Source of the DNA: Mobula hypostoma
Taxonomy: Eukaryota
Direction: 5' to 3'
Length of the DNA: 64,000 nucleotides
Assembly: GCF_963921235.1 (NCBI RefSeq)
Contig: NC_086109.1
Coordinates: forward strand, 34,846,001-34,910,000
The translations under genes and the position numbers were made by a program. Positions within the stretch are counted from its first letter, which is position 1; each line of letters starts with the position of its first letter. Shown here one piece after another: positions 60,826-64,000 of this stretch. The notes under the pieces were generated by a model. It was given only the letters and a program-made list of their open reading frames with translations. It was not told the DNA's origin and did not search any database.

Positions 60826-61135
60826 AGTCACACCGCAGGTGTCTCACAGCACCAGCAACCCAAGCTCACTTCTAAACTGTGGACCTCTTCCCTGAAGCTG
60901 TTTGTGTTTCCTGTGGGCTTTCCGCTTTCCTGCCACGTCCCACAGATATGCTAGTTGTCAAGCTTGTCTCATGACTATAAATAATACTAGCTGTAATTGG
61001 CTGGTTGGAAAATTAAAGGCTGTGGACCTGTGAGAGAATAAAGCAAAGGGAAATATGTGGGGAAGTGTATAGATGGGGGTGGCCTCGTCTGACATTGATT
61101 CAGAGGGCTGAATGGATAATTGCCATGTTGTAAGC
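60826..61135 (+). mobile_element. Degenerate tRNA-derived V-SINE
   Basis: gtggcacag..tctcacagcaccagcaaccca head and ttccgctttcctgccacgtcccacaga V-like segment. Confidence 0.45.
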
Positions 61136-61854
61136 AAATGTGAAATGTCCACTCTGCTCTGGATAAGTGGAGTTCAGAGCTTTCTGCAACAGCTGTCTGA
61201 AGCTAGGAGCAGGTGGGTCATAAGAATCCTGGCAATGGACATTTCCTGTCTCAGACTGGAGAAAAGAAACATCTGCGGTCGGACTTGTCTCCTATCTTGA
61301 AAGTATTCATGATTATGTCAGGCATAATAAGTTGAAGTAGGATCTTAGTAATTGTTTCTGTTAATATAGGAAAGAAGATTGCATTGCCTGACTGAAGTAG
61401 GTGGTTAACTATGCCAAGCATAGATGGTGTAACAAGTGAGGACTGAACCAGTTGTTTAAACATTTGTTTGACTGGAACAGCACACACTGACATTGTTTTT
61501 TTCTCTGGCTGTGGTGCAAAGTTATTCCCAATACACTGTTTCATGCTATGAACCCATATAATGAAGAAATGTGTCACAATGGCAAGCAAAGCCCGAGGTC
61601 TTGATTTTATTCTAAATTACTAAAGTCTTGGGTTTTGACATTTTTGTATTTTAATAGCACATAATTTCCACAGTTCCATAGAACTATTCAGTGGAACACA
61701 TTGTATTATACTACAGAACAAGAATCAGAGCATGTTCTTTGTTGACAATATTTTGTAAGTAAATACATTCCATTAATCCAGTATGCACTGGCTCAGAACA
61801 CTTGCATCAGATTAATATCCATAAAGAAGCAAGCACTGATATAGACAAATGGAA

Positions 61855-62780
61855 ATCTAAGAACTGGAACTCTGAAATGAAAAATAGAAAATGTTCTAAA
61901 CACTCAGTTGGTCAGGCAGTTTTTGCAGAAAAAAAAGCTATTGTTTCAGGTTGAAGATCCTCTTCTCTTCATTGAAGAAGCCAAATATAGATTGTGTGCC
62001 TGCTCTGTGGATCCTCATCTTTTAGACCTCAGGAGGAAATCTGTCTTCATTGTTCCCATCACTTTAATTCTTCATCCTCTCTGTGATCTCCTTCTGCGTT
62101 GTAATGACATCCAACATTGCACTGAGGAACAGCATTTCATCTTCTCTCTGGGCACACTACAGCCTTCTGGACTCAATTTTCAAAGTTACAGATTCCAATA
62201 ATTAGCTTTCTCTGTATCATAATGTGCCAGGTCACCCCATCCGCGATATTGTTGTGGTTTTTCTTTCATTACCTTAGTTCTACCTGCAGCACTGTGTTTG
62301 TTGTTGTTCCTTTCCATACCTTATGACGCATCGGGTGACAACCTTGCTGTTTCTTCAGCACTTTTGTCTGTTTTTTGAGGCCGAGTTGCTAGCTCAACAC
62401 TCAGCCCACCACGGATGGAAGGCGTGTAAGGAGCCGGCCAGATTCAATCCTGGAACCACTTTCCTCGAAGTCTGGTGTGGATGCCTCCACACCACTAGCC
62501 AGCAACCCGCATTTCAGAACCCTTCATTCCTTTTGACTGTGTTCTCACTTTCCCCTACCCTTTATCTCACAACTTATATGAGCAAAGGTTCATATCCTCC
62601 CTCCATAATTGGCCTATTGACCATCTAACCAAATTACTTTATTTGCAATTTGTCCTTGGAATGTCCCCAGCTTCACCGTGTCCTCCCTGCAGCTTCATAC
62701 TAACTTGTTTTCTCTCTACCCGAGTTCTCAAGGGACCTACATCTGAAACATAAACTTTGATTGGCTTTCCACTGATCTGG
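61855..62780 (+). mobile_element. Old Penelope-like fragment (GIY-YIG C-terminus)
   Basis: ORF end TEEQHFIFSLGTLQPSGLNFQSYRFQ (to 62201) parallels LEEQHLIFRLGSLQPDGMNADFSNFR at 52348-52420. An inverted terminal-repeat-like piece lies at 61855-61960. Confidence 0.6.
62305..62502 (-). mobile_element. tRNA-derived SINE nested in the Penelope fragment
   Basis: Minus strand ggctagtggtgtggaggcatccacaccagacttcgagg..ccaggattgaatctggccggctcc has a tRNA-like head with A/B-box-like motifs and a (CAA)n-like tail. Confidence 0.5.
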
Positions 62781-62899
62781 ACAAAGTTACATTTAAAATT
62801 CCATGCAAACATTATAATTTTATGCAGTTTAGAATTGTGAACATGAATGGAAAATAACGAAACCTCGAATGAAAATAAGCAAAACCCTTACTATAATAC

Positions 62900-63290
62900 C
62901 TATCTGTAGGGCAACCAGCTTTGTTACAACTTATTCTCATAGTTACTGATTGCTTATAAAGAAGATAAATTAGACAGGCTGGGTTTGATTTCTTTGAAGT
63001 GGAGGGTGCTGTTAGAGGCTTTAACAACTATAAAGAACATAGGCAGGAGGAGGCTTCTCTACATTGCAGAGCTATCGGAATTATAGGCCATAGGCTTAGA
63101 GTGAGGGTAAGAGTTTAGAGGAGATCTGAGAAAGGTGTGGAATACACTTGCCAGAGTGGGTCACAACGTTTAAGAAGTACCTACAGTAGATGAACACTTG
63201 AATTGCTAAGACAGGGATAGATAAGGGCCAAGTGCTGTTGAATGGGGTTGGTATAATGGGTAGATTTGGTAACATACTTCCCTCTCTCAT
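62900..63290 (+). mobile_element. Old CR1 3' fragment
   Basis: ttataaagaagataaattagacaggctggg..ttataggccataggcttagagtgagggtaagagtttagaggagatctgag. Confidence 0.55.
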
Positions 63291-64000
63291 GTTGGTCAGA
63301 TAGGAAGAACAGCAACAAACCAGTGGTGAGCATGCACCTCCACTGTCTCTATCCTTTGTAGGAGGATATGCTGATCATTACTGGATAGGTCATCATAGAG
63401 TAGATCTACAAAACTGAGACTGAGACTACTGGAGATTATGCTATGCTCATAACAAACCGTTTTATCTGATTTTTTCCCAAATCCAGCACACTTCCTTCTG
63501 ATTGCTGAGCTCAGATGGTGTACAGATACTTCTGTAACTTCCCACAATCCAACCATCGCTAAACTTACCATTTAGTCTCCTTTCAAGTAGACAGGCATTT
63601 ACCATATTGCTTTGTAAATCTGTCACCAAAGAGCATTGGGAAGGATGAGATCTTTAGCATTTCTGTCAATTACATTTATGGTTTGACAAAACAAGGGTAA
63701 AGAAACACATTCACAAAAGACGGAAAGTCATAGAACTACAAAGGTTTACATTCTCAGAAAATCAGTTTTTTCCTGTTTTAGTAACACTAGATCTTTCTTG
63801 GTTTTGGAGGACATGTATCAAGGAGTGTAACCTTGTAATCTTAAAAAGCTGATTTAGGGTGACAATACTTTGGCAATTCTGGTCACTTAATTCAATAAAG
63901 AAGCCTGATATTCAAAGTGAATGCAGAGGAAGAAATGTCGGGGGTATGTGTAGCCTGATGTTGTAGGTATGGAGACACTTGTCTTGTGGATCAGTGGTTA

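Noticed and set aside
31182..64000. Next GRM4 coding exon (expected IPQISYASTAP...)
   Set aside because: Not found by eye or in the ORF track. It probably lies beyond the window, though a tBLASTn search would be needed to exclude it.
1..64000. CRISPR array, operon or other prokaryotic system
   Set aside because: The sequence is vertebrate intronic DNA. No regularly spaced repeat-spacer array or bacterial gene organisation is present.

Overview
Eukaryotic, repeat-rich vertebrate genomic DNA. The repeat inventory (abundant CR1 and Rex1/Babar LINEs, V-SINEs, Penelope-like fragments) suggests a cartilaginous fish, which is an inference. The only host gene sequence I can support is the first coding exon of metabotropic glutamate receptor 4 (GRM4; CDS 30660-31181, + strand). 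It has a splice acceptor at 30200 and a donor at 31182, so most of the window is probably GRM4 intron. Three things stand out. (1) A 4.87-kb Gmr1-like Gypsy LTR element at 9292-14164 (-) has apparently identical 877-bp LTRs, a GCTA target-site duplication and an intact gag-protease ORF, but only deleted, catalytically dead integrase/RT/RNase H remnants. It looks like a very recently mobilised non-autonomous 'gag-protease-only' element. (2) A family of short Penelope-derived insertions carries a minimal type-I hammerhead ribozyme. The best copy (60348-60485) has a 14-bp TSD and lies sense to GRM4; other copies occur as inverted pairs. (3) A palindromic mariner-derived MITE at 343-793 is built from two transposase 3' ends around an inner mini-element. 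All comparisons were made by eye; boundaries of degraded repeats are approximate.
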